From positions 38,177,703-38,241,702 of the forward strand of contig CP154954.1 of the NCBI GenBank assembly GCA_039621445.1: DNA of 64,000 nucleotides. Direction: 5' to 3'. The DNA is from Euglena gracilis (Eukaryota). The position numbers were made by a program, and so were the translations under genes. The number at the start of each line of letters is the position of its first letter. Positions within the stretch are counted from its first letter, which is position 1. The notes under the pieces were generated by a model that saw only the letters and a list, made by a program, of their open reading frames with translations, ran no database searches and was not told the origin of the DNA. Positions 26,301 to 38,294 of the stretch are shown piece after piece.

Positions 26301-29300
26301 CGCCGTTGTCGGCGCTGCCGCTGCCGCCGCTGCCACCGCCCGGCGCCAAGCCACCCCCGCCGCCGGGGCCGCCCCCGGGGCCGCCCCCCGCTGGCCGAGG
26401 CACCGGTGGTCGCCCTGCTCCGCCAGCCACTGGTGCTGCGGCCGCTCTTGGAACCCCCACCGCTGACGGCAGAGAGGGCTGTGGCGGGGGGGGGGCTGGC
26501 ATCTTCCCAAGGCAAATCTGCTTCCCCACAGCTGGCGCCACCAGCTTCTCCCTGGCCGCCGACACATCTGGCATCCTCCCGGCTGTGCCTGGCGCACCTG
26601 TGATGGGGGGCAAGAACTCCTGGCAAAAGTACCACCGATTACGCAATCGCCCCCCCCTCCAACGGGAGCATGGGCTAATTTTCCTGGGGGGATCACAGGG
26701 GAGGGTCCCACCCGCCCACCCGCCCACCATCCACTCCCCTCTGGGTCATCAACCCATACCAAACCTGACGTGGAAAACAAACGATTTGAGATGTTCACCT
26801 GTCATGCCAAATGCCTGATGTTTGTAGAGGACTTGCACTAAAGGACAGACTGTTTGGGGACGTGCGATTTTGGGCTAACCACAAAAATACCCTTCAGTGC
26901 GCTATTGTCTCAATGACCTCAGGAGTCGACGATTCCTTAATGGACTCCAGGACATACAATTGCTTACCGACCCCCAGGGGGGGGAGGGGGGGTCACTCCA
27001 CTTTTTTAAAAACCAGTCAGTCACCCATTTTTAAAAAACCAGCCAGTCACTACCCCCCCGGGGGGGGGGGGTCGGCCACTCAGAAAAACGGCCACTTTCC
27101 AGTCACTTTAGGTCATTTTAGGCCCAAAAATTTTTTCCGGCGCCGGGGTCACTCAAGCCACTTTTGCCCACTCCTGGCCGACCCCCCCCGGGGGGGAGGG
27201 GTCCGGGCCAAAAACCAGTCAGTCACTCTGAAAAAACCATGGTTCCAGTAACTTGGCACCCCCCTTTTAAGACAAAATACAAAATACCTTTGCGACGCTG
27301 AAAAAAAAAGCCCAAATAACCTGGCGGGGGGGGGGGGGCAGGGCCAAAAGTTGGTTCCAACAACCTGGCACCCCGCCAGGTTATTTGGGGGAGGGGTTTA
27401 CACTAATAACAAAATCCAAAATCCAAAACCTTGCAAAATGTCAAAATCACCATAATCTGAGACGAAATGGCCCACACAGCCACACCTGCCGCCCCGGGCC
27501 ATGGGCCACCGCCCATCACCGCCTCCACCTCCCCCTCCAGCACCGCCACCTCCCCCTCCTCCCCATCGTCCTCCTCCTCCTCGGCCTCGGCCTCCTCCCT
27601 CTCCGCCTCGCCGGGGCCGGGCCTGGCCCGGCCCCCCTGTCGCACCCCCGCGCTGTGCGCCGGCAGGGGCGGCCCGTGGCGGCTCGCCGTGAGGTTGGCC
27701 AGGCTGGGCCGGCTCCGCACCACGATGACGTCGTCGTCCGGGGGCACCTCCTCCGGCAGTCGCCCGGGCGGCGTGGGCGTCCACTCTGCCGGCCCCGGCG
27801 CCCGCTCCCCCGCCGCCCTCCGGGGCCCTGGAATATGAGCATTCGGCCGCCGGCAAAGCCGTAGGAATACACACATTGCCTCCTTCACCTCGGGTGTCAT
27901 GGATTTGAGCGGAACGACATCTCTCAAGCGGCTCAAACGCCATTTGTGTTCACATGGGTCCTTCCATGTGTATCCTTTTTTGTCATATGCGAAAAAAAAT
28001 TAAAGGGTTCACTTGAAAAAAGGCAATGACTTTGTGGCAATGAAATTAAAGAGAAGGAGAATAAGCTGTTCTGAACTCGCCAGGAATCCGTGGCAGAATT
28101 TATTGATTGCCCGACCCCGCAGGATGTGGACAACAGTTGAACAGACACCTGGATCAAACTCCTCTACATGAAGCGACCATATGCAAAGCCAAAACCAAAA
28201 AAAAATCTGACCATGGCGTGGGAACAATGAAGAAAAAAGGCGAAAATGGTACCAAATAGCAATCGCTCCAATTGTTCCCGCAACAGGCAGCCATATGCAG
28301 AGCAAACCGGTTGTTGATGGAACTGCGAGACTTGCCGGTGGCCCATCGTCCTCAGGTCTGCCGGGAACGTTGCTGTTGCTGTTGCTGCCTATTGTCCCTG
28401 TGCACAGGAGTGGTCGGTAGGATACCACACGAAAGAAAGAAAACAAATCCATCTGTTTGGGGTGGTGTGCATGGGCAGGATGGGGAATTTGGACAGGTAT
28501 GAAACATTTGTTCTGACAAATTGGTGACGAAAGAAAGTGGCAAAGTTATTTAACTTAGGAGTTAAATTGAAGTTGAACTTTCCCAAAATATTCAGGTCCA
28601 AAGTTCAGCACACCCAAAAATCCAAGTTTGAGCAAAGTTGATGAATTGCATTGAATTCCTGCTCTGATTAGGTCAACCATCCAATTTTTGCCAACCCCCT
28701 GGGGGGAAGGGGGATCACTTCCACCCTTCCAAAGCGCAGGCGGTCACTTTTCTCGGAAAAACAGTCATTCACTACTTCCAGGAGTGGGGGGGTCGGCCAC
28801 TCTAGAATTCAAGGGAAAATTGAACACAAACGTGAAGAAAATGCCGTTAAAAAAATCTTCATCGCCGGATCACTTTGGTGGTTTTTCCCGACCCCCGGGG
28901 GAGGGGGTTTGGGCCAAAAGCCAGTCAGTCAAACTGAGAAAAAAAATCAGTCACCCACCAGGGGTGGCAAATAATGGATGCCTCTGGGTCTAACACCTGG
29001 GTGAGGTTGGTCGAAAATAAATGCAGATCAGACAGAGGACATAAATGTGGATCAGACAAATAGGGTAGGCAAAAAATCACCCATTTTTTCAGGACCATTC
29101 TTCAAAAAACCACGTATTTTTATAAGAAAAATTATTTTCTCTTCCTGTGGATAGGCAAATTATTCCATTTCCTCTGTGCTCTTCTGGGGAAACCATCCAA
29201 ATTTCCTGGCGTTTTGCCTTCAATATTTGGTGTTCGACTTTTGGTTACCTCAATGATTTTATAACAAAGAAAGAAGGATGAAAACGGGCTGGGGAGGTGG

Positions 29301-32300
29301 CAGTTTACTTTTTTTGGAACCCTTGGTGCGAAAAACTACACTTTGACCCCCCTCTGAATAGAAGCCCCCCCCCCCGAATAGTGTCCCCCCCCCCCCCGAA
29401 TAGAACCCCCCGGGATTCTGACCATTGGTCCGAATAGAAGCCCTCCCCCTTTACACACAGTGTACAAAAACGAAGGGGGGAAAACATACCCCAAATAGAG
29501 CCCCCCTCGCTTTTCGACATGGGGGTTTACTTTGGGTAAACGTGTGAAAGGATGACAAGATTTGGGGTGAAAAAAGGGGTTGATGTTATGGCACAATTCA
29601 GAGAGTGTGGGCACACGTGTGCGGCACTGACACGCACGGATGCCTTCACCAGGGGATTTTTAAACGAAACCCCCCCCCCTGGGTGGTCCAGCCCAGAGGC
29701 TGGAAAAGTTGGGCTGGCTGGAAAAGGGCCACTGGTTGACCCCCCTCCCCCCCCCCCCAGCCCTCAGAAGTCCCGGGCTGAAACTGGGCCCCACCCGGGG
29801 TCGAACCGGTGCCAAAAATAATCGAAACTGCAAAAAAATGTTCAAAAAAAGCTGACAATTATGCAAAAAAAACGAATTTTTGACCCCAAATTTGCCCTGG
29901 CGAGTCCCTTTCCAACCCATTTTCGTCCGTTTTTGACCCATTTTGGCCCATTTTTGCACCCACCCAAAGGGCGGCTGGAAATAAATAAAACTCATTGATG
30001 GAGGGGAGGGGGCTCCGGGGCTGGGAAAAAGGCCTCTGGCTGGAAAACCACTGCTGGCTAGCTGAACCTCCCCAGGTGTGGGGTCGAATTTTCTTAAGCT
30101 ACGCCCTGCCATGCACACATACAACGGCTGGCAAACATTGCATGCACACAGCATGGGCACATACAGCACACGTGCAAACATGCATACGTACACACAGGAA
30201 TGTAAGCACTCACGCACACACAGCAGCTCCGCATAGCACAGCACACTACAGCAGCACAACACACAACAACCAATGCACAGCACACAACACACACCTCCAG
30301 CCAGTGCAGCGGATGCTCTGCCATCACCTCCACACGCAACGCCACCCTCCACGTCACTCCAGAAGGCGCTGCCACCCCTGCCCGGGGCCAAGCCTCCATC
30401 ACCACTGCTGCCCTCCCCCCCTGGCCGGGGCCCAGGCTGCCACCCCACCCCGCCTGCTGACAGCGCTGTGGCCGCCCATGGCACGCCCCCCGCCGCTGCC
30501 CACAGGGAAAGGGCTGATGTGGGGGGGGCAGACATTCTCTATGGCGGCGTGGCACCCGGGAGTAGTTAGGGGCTGTTCAAAACTCCCTCACCCCCGAAGG
30601 GCTCCAGCCCTTCCCTGGGCGGAGGCGCAGGCTGGGTCCCCCACGCCGGCGGACCTGCAACGGAGGGCAAGTATTTGGGCCTAAACGAAAATGACCCCGA
30701 ATGAAAAAAAAGCTTTGCCCTCCCCTTGCCGACGACAACTGCAGACTGGCCGGTAACTCTCCCGCGTTCACCGCTTGCACAACGTCTGAGCCAGAACTGA
30801 GTTGCTGGAATGTGTTTTCACTTTTGAACCCCACCCCCGAATAACAAAATTTGCAACCGCCCCCCCTCCCCCCCAAACGGCAGGGTCAAAACGGCAGGGT
30901 TTTTGGTTCGTAAAGGAACAGGGTCAGGGTTAATGTCAGGGACCCAGTCCGGGGGCTGGTGGCACGTTTTGGCACCCCGCATTACTTGGCATTCAATCTG
31001 GCTTTGAAAAGCACGCCCCCCGCCACCCTTCAACAGCTGAAAATTGTCAAAATTTTGCAATTCGGGGTGGGAATACAGCTGCTCCACCCCCCCCCCCCCG
31101 AATTGCAAAATTTTGACAATCGGGCCGTGGGGGCGTGATTTTCAAGGCCAGATTGAATGCAGGAAATGTGGGGTGCCAAAAAGCGCCACCAGCCCCCGGG
31201 ACCTGTTCCTTCACGAACCAAAATTTTTGACCCTGCCGTTTGGGGGGGGGGCGGTCGTGCAGCGAACAATTGCCCTCGATTTACACCGAAAAATTGCCAA
31301 AATTTTGCAATTGTGGGATGCTGACCAGCAGCGGTTCAGGTGATTCTGGGGTTTTTGGGGGGTGGGGAAACCCAGCTGACGTGGTCCCGGGGGCAGGTGG
31401 CAAGTTTTAGCACACACCACGCCCCGACTGACGCACAAAAAATTCAAATTTTTGCCATTTGGGGAGGGGGGAATACAGCTGGGTGGGGAACCCAGCTGAC
31501 CTGGTCCCGGGGGGGGGGGGGGGGACAGCTGCTCAACCCCCCAAATTGCAAATTTTTGACAATTTCCAGCTGTTGCAGGGGGGCGGGGGGCGTGCTTTTC
31601 AAAGCCAGATTGAATGCCAAGAAATGCGGGGTGCCAAAATGTGCCACCAGCCCCCGGACTGGGTCCCTGACACGAACCCTGACCCTGTTCCTTCACGAAC
31701 CAAAAACCCTGCCGTTTTGGCCCTGCCGTTTGGGGGGGAGGGGTGGCGGTCACACAGATGGTCCCAAATTACACAAAAAAAAAAGGCAAACTTTTGCGAT
31801 TGTGGGGTGGTGACCAGCAGGGGCTCAGGTGATTCTGGGGTTTTTGGGGGTGGGGAACCCAGCTGACCTGATCCCGGGGGCTGGTGGGGCGTTTTGGCAC
31901 ACCCCATTTCCTGGCATTGAGGCAATCTGGCCCCGAAAATCACGCCCCCACGCCACCCCCCCCCCCCCGATTAAGACCCAAAAATTGTGAAAATTTTGCT
32001 ATTTGGGGGGGTTGAGCGAGCAGCAGTGGTTCTGAAATTCATGGGGTTTTGGGGGGGGTGGGGAACCCAGCTGACCTGGTCCCAGGGGCAGGTGACACGT
32101 TTTGGCACACACCATGCCCCGATTGATTCAAAAAATTGTCAAATTTTGGGGGGGATACAGCTGCGGCGGAAATTGGAGAAAGTCGAGATCCAAATTAAAT
32201 AGCAAAATGGTTGATGAGATTAAACCTTTGAAAATTGTACCACCAGATTTAGCAAATTGTGGAAATTAGTGTGGCAAGTGTCGGGGACGCTTGGCAGAGA

Positions 32301-35300
32301 AGAGCCTCCCTATGCAAAAAGCCAGTGCAGGGCAGACGTGCAGGACACACACCTCCGGCCTCACCCACCTCCACCACCACGCCCTCCTTGCCACTCGAGC
32401 GAGCACCTCCGCCTCCCTCCGCTCCGCCACCACCGTTGCTGGCGCTCCCATCACTGCTGTCCCCCGGGGCCAAGCCACTGTCACTGGCGCTGCCGCTGCC
32501 CCGCACCGCTGGCCGGTACACCGGAGGCCGCTCGGCCCCGCTGGCCGCCGGCGCTGAAGCTGAAGCCCCCGGTGTGCCTCCCAATGCTAACCGCAGGGAG
32601 GGCTGGGGTAGGCGGGTATGCCGGTAGCTGACACCTCGTCACATCACACATCGCCGGGCCAGGGCGTTGCTGAACAACCCCCGAGGGGGGTGGGTCTAGC
32701 TCAAAGGCCGCAAAATGTGGGCCGGCTGCAAGCACGCCCCAGGCTGGAACTGGGCCCGCTGGGGTCAAACGTCATCCAAAAAAACTGAAACTGCAAAAAA
32801 CCAAAAGGCTGGAATTTCCACAAAAAATCAATTTTGTCCTTGATGTCCTTGATGTCAGCTGCACTGGCACATTTTGCCATCCTCCAAGGCAGAAATCTGT
32901 CGCTTTGGGTGCATGAAAACGAATCAACGGAGTCTGGGGTCCGGGTTTGGAAAAGGCAGCTGGCTGGAAGATGGTTGCTGGCCGGCTGCCCCCCCCCCCC
33001 GGAAGTGGGTCCCTGGCTGGACCTTTCCCTTGCCAACAATGCACCAAACCAAGGCTGGCGGCAACCCCTCCCTGGGCATGGGTCCATGCTGCGTCCCCCA
33101 CGCTGTGCCCGGCAGACCTGCAGTGGCGGGAAGGCGGTGGCAATTGACATTCCTGCCTACCAGCCAACCTCCCTACGTCGGGAGTTTTTTGGGCCGGGTG
33201 GACTTCTGTTCAAGTCTTCCGGAGGGCCATCCACCGGAAATAGGGTTTTGAAGTTTCATTTAATGCAAACCAGAAAAACTGCACAACAATCCTGCAATTT
33301 TCACAGAAAGATCAGAAATGATGGAAAGGGAGGCTGAAGGCCTTTTGATCGGTTTTTTGTCACCCCGACCCGAGAGGTCCCGTACCAACATCATTTCTGG
33401 CTGGCGCTTCCCAATCCTGGTGTAGGAACCCCAAGGGGGGGGGGGGCTAGATCAACGTTCCCACAGAGTGATCAAAAGGAGCATGGAGCCGATGGAAGCA
33501 GAAGAATATGGAACGAAACAGGAAACAAACAAAATGGCAATTCTGTCTTTATTTTTGATGACTTCCTCAAAAGTTCTTGATTTCACATTGAAATGGCTCA
33601 GCTGAATTTTCAGCTGAGTTCGAAGAGTGAAGCCGGTCTTCCCCAGCTTTCTACCCTCCTTCTTGCAAAGGGAACTGAAAATAATTTTACGATGCCCTGG
33701 TAGGGTGGAAAGGAACGTTCCTGGATCCCTTCGGATTATACTCCCCCAAGGGCTGAAAAGGGGGGTTTTTTTGTTTCTAGCTTAGAAGAAAGCTCCTTGA
33801 AGTTGGCACTGCAAACCAGATGTGCCAGGTCCAGGGCCCACGCCCAGAGCCGTGTCCTCCTTCGGCAACCAGCCGGGGGGCGGCAGGCGCTTGGCCCCTG
33901 GGAAGGGGAAGGCAATGGGACGGGTTGGAAGCCTGGAACTTGGAAGGTGGCCACTTCCAATTCTGCAGCCAGTCCCTGGTCTGGTGGTGAGGGAAGGAGA
34001 CAACAACCAGTGGGAGCGAAACGGTATGCCTTGATTTCACACCAACGTACAGCATTTTTGTAGCACATCCGCCACCATCAAACTTCAGCATCCATCAATG
34101 CCTCCAGATCAACAGTAGCAGAGGTCTATTCATTTCAACCCTGTTGCACACCTAACTCCCCCCAAAAATAACATCTCCCCCCCCCCAAAATACCCCCCCA
34201 AAAATAAGACCTGCTGCCAATTTTCAACAAAAATCCAAAAAACAAGACCCTTCCAATATAAGACAGATCCCCCCATCAGGTTTTTTTTTGAGAAAAATCC
34301 AAACTATAAACCCCTGTTAAATTGAATGTGTTAATTTGGTAGTTTCGGAACAATTTTCGCTCATTGCTGAATATCGCCTTTTTGGACTGACTTTTGGACC
34401 CTGCCGCGGGATTTCTTTGGCCGAATTTTTCAGCAAAAATTCAAAAGGTAGACCCCCCAAATAACAACCCTTGGGGATTTTCAGCAACAGACCCAAAAAG
34501 TAGACCCGGGGTCTTATTTGGGAGAGATACTCACCAGCAGGGTTGGATGGGAAGCCTTGGGGGGGGGGGGGTCGGACCCCCCCCTCCCTCCTACCTCGAA
34601 ACTGAGGACCGAAAAATCTTCGATTTCATGGACGGGCAAAGGACCGGAAATCGGGTCGAAATCGGTCAAAGATCCCTGATTTTTCTTTGAAAATCGATCC
34701 AAAAATGCTCATTTTTTGAAATTTTTGAACATTTTTTGGGGGAAAACACCAACGCATCAAAAAATGGGCAATATGGCCAAAAGTCAGCAAAAGGGGTGTT
34801 TTTGCTCATTTTCCGGCGCGCAGTGCCGGAAGAAAATTTTCTGCCGTTTTTGGCACTGTCAAGGGGGGGGGTGGGGGGTCCGGACCCCCCTCCCAACATC
34901 TAGGGGGGGGGGGGTGGTCGGGACCAGGTTTTGAATAGTGCTGAGCTCTTAATAAGCGCGCACCCACCCCTTCATTCACCCCTCCATACATTCCGGCCCA
35001 CTCCATGGAGCTCTTTTGCCTGAAATCCATGGGTTTTGTGCTAGAAACGGGGCGCTGGCGGGGTCGAAAAACGCTCATTTTCGGCTCAAAAACAGTTTTT
35101 CCGGGTCCGGGAGGCCCAAAAACATCGTTTCGGGGAAAATTTTTTTTCGATTTTTTTCGACTTTTTTTACCCGGTTTTGACCCAAAGTCAATGGGTTGGC
35201 GCCGGCGGGTCGAAAAACGCTCGTTTTCGGCTCAAAAACAGTTTTTCCGGGTCCGGGAGGCCCAAAAACATCGTTTCGGGCAAAAAAAATTTTTTGATTT

Positions 35301-38211
35301 TTTTCGACTTTTTTGACCCGGTTTTGACCCAAAGTCAATGGGTTGGCGCCGGCGGGTCGAAAAACGCTCGTTTTCGGCTCAAAAACAGTTTTTCCGGGTC
35401 CGGGAGGCCCAAAAACGTCGTTTTGGGCAAAATTTTTTTGATTTTTTTCGACTTTTTTGACCCGGTTTTGACCCAAAGTCAATGGGTCGGCGGCCCAAAA
35501 CGGGGCGCTGGGGGGGTCGAAAAAACGCTCGTTTTCGGCTCAAAAACAGTTTTTCCGGGCCCGGGAGGCCAAAAAACATCGTTTCGGGCAAAAAAAATTT
35601 TTTTGATTTTTTTCGACTTTTTTGGCCGAAAACGGCCAAAGTCGAACAGTGGAAAAAGTGTACAAAATGGCCTAAAATGGCCTAAATTGGCCGGAAAACG
35701 CCCGTATCTCGGGCTACGCGGGGAGTTGTGGAGAAACCATAATCCCAGTACGTAGAGCGTCCCAGGGGCTTCAATTTAGGTCTCTGGACATTTCCTTTGA
35801 TTTTGCATCATTTTCGAGAAATTTTGAAAACATTGGTTTTTTGACCCCCCACCCCCCGAAAACGGCTATGTCGAACAGTGGGAAAAGTGTACAAAACGGC
35901 CATCTGGGCCAAAAACGGCCGTATCTCGGGCTAGGCGGGAAGTTGCGGGGAAATCAAAATACCAGTAGATGGGGCGTTCCAAGGGCTTCAAATTAGGTCT
36001 CCGGACATTTCCTTTGATTTTGCTTCATTTTGGAGATATTTTGAAAATTGACATTTTTTGGCCGAAATGGCACAGTCCAAAGGGGGGGGGGGCTTATCCA
36101 GGCGGGGCGGGTAAATCCTACCCAGTTTGGACCCCTTGGGAACCGACGGATTATCACCATGATCCCGGCCCGGTTCCCGGATTTTTTTTTCTTCAGTCGC
36201 GAGCGACTGGATTCCTAGTTTCCGAATCACCCGGAGTTGACCCCCAACTCCCCGCCAGGCCCGAGTTATTCACGCGCGAAAATGCACATTTTTGCCCTTT
36301 TTTTTGAAATTTTCCAAAATATGCACTTTTGCGCTTTTCTGTATATTTTTGCTTTTTTTCCAGCAGTTTTTTTTTGGGAGGTTTCGCACCCTCATTCTTG
36401 TTGCGCAATTTTGTGGCTTTCCCAATATTTCCCAATTTTGTCCATTTGGCATTTTTCCATTTTTTTCGGAATTTTTTTGAGAGTTTTAATTTTTTTCAAA
36501 ATGAGATTTCTCATATTTTCACATGATTTCTTTCAGTAATATTTGTGCCATTTTTTTTGCATGGTTTTGATAAATTTTGCAATTTCGTGTTTTTTTTTGC
36601 ACTTTTTCTGTCAAATTTTTGCACATTTTGGGCAAAGGGCTCATTTTTTTCCATTTTTGTGTTTTTTTTTGAAGGTTGGGACATTTCCCCGGATTCCTTT
36701 TTTTGGCAAACAGGGGGCTATTTTTGGACAAACCAAAAAAAATAAACTCGTAGCACCAAGAGGTGTGAGGTGATCAAACCAAAGCCAGTGAGATCTGTGA
36801 CATTCGCGGACACTGGTCAATCAAGAATCAATGCAAGGGAGGAAATTTAAGAGTAATTTTTTTCCACAGGCCTGGATCACTGGCCTGATGTGTTGTGGCA
36901 TGGACTCAAACAAAATGTGCTTAACAGTGGCGAAGGCAGATTGCAACAAACACCTTCCCAACAGGGATAGCCCCAAACCAGGGGTAATTTAGTGGAGGGG
37001 GGGGGTAGGGTGGGTCCCTTGGACCCCCTCCCCCCCCCCGGGGGGTGGGGGTAGGGGCTGGTGGGCAGGGATGGATGGGAAGCCCTTTGGTATTGAGGTA
37101 GGTGGTAGGGGGGGGGTCGCTGAGCTCTTATCCATTTATGGGTAAGAGCGAAGTTTACCACCGGCGAAACCCCCCCTCATGCGCAGAAAGTGTTCTGCGC
37201 ATTGACTACTGTCCGGTGCTACACCAGCCGTCGGGCAGAGTCCCCTGCTCCCCAGGGGGGAGGGGGCTGAAATAATGTTGTGCAAACCCATGCCCAGCTT
37301 TGAATTGAATTTTTTTGAAAATATGCAGGAAGCACTTGTTTCCCCTGTTTTTGTTCAAGACGTCTGCACACACGCACGCACGCACGCACACCGCTCCCAT
37401 GAGTGAACCCTCCTCTCTCACCCGTCCGCACCACTGCACTCCGCTGCCCATCTCCGCCCCCGTCTCCGTCGCCACCCTCGCCGGTGATGGGGTCAGTGCT
37501 GCGTCCTGGCCACTGCACCGGCGGCTGCCCCGCCCCACCGGCTGGCGGGGCTGCCGCCGCCCCCGGCACGCTCCCCACCGCCCGCAGGGAGCGTTGTGGG
37601 GGTTGGGGTGCCATGGGGGGAATGACCCCGCCAGGCAGTGTGGTCGAAAAAGTCTCGTCCCTCCCTCCCGTCCCCCCGCTGCGCAGCCTCTCCCTGGGTG
37701 CGAATGCCTCGTCCATCCTCCTGGGGGTGCCCGGCGCAGCTGCGAGGAGGTGCAGAAAGAGAGGGCGGAATGGCGGTGAATGAAGGGTCCGCCAAATACA
37801 GCACAAACCCTGCGACTGATTGCACACGTGAGGTTCATTGGGCCGGCAAGGCCAAAGAAGACAAAAGTTTTGGCAGGTGCAGTTGTTGCAGTGACAGTGA
37901 AGCCGCTGCCCCCCCCCTCTCCGCCCGACCAAATGCAGCCAAGTTCCTTAACCCAGATTTCCCCAAAATTCGGGGTGGAGCTTCCGGGGCCCACTCAATT
38001 AGGACCCCTTGCCCCATTGCTGCTCGGTGGCTTGGCTTGAGCTCAGAGCCAAAACAAGACTTGTTAGAAACCAGAAAATTTTCGCGGAAGCACGCCAAGA
38101 TCGTAACGACAACTTATATCCCAGGGTTCCCCAGAGACTTGTGCTGACGACTTTCACCAGCCAACGAATAAAAAAAACAAAACAAACAGGTGAGAAAATG
38201 GGATGAAAACC

Positions 38212-38294
<83 letters not shown>

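Noticed and set aside
33818-33962. Extra Z-like exon (ctgcag|...TCT G|gtttgc)
   Set aside because: Splice sites are plausible but no single frame links them; insufficient support
35005-36773. Phe/Lys-rich ORFs
   Set aside because: Products of A/T-run-rich repeats with no protein-like signal
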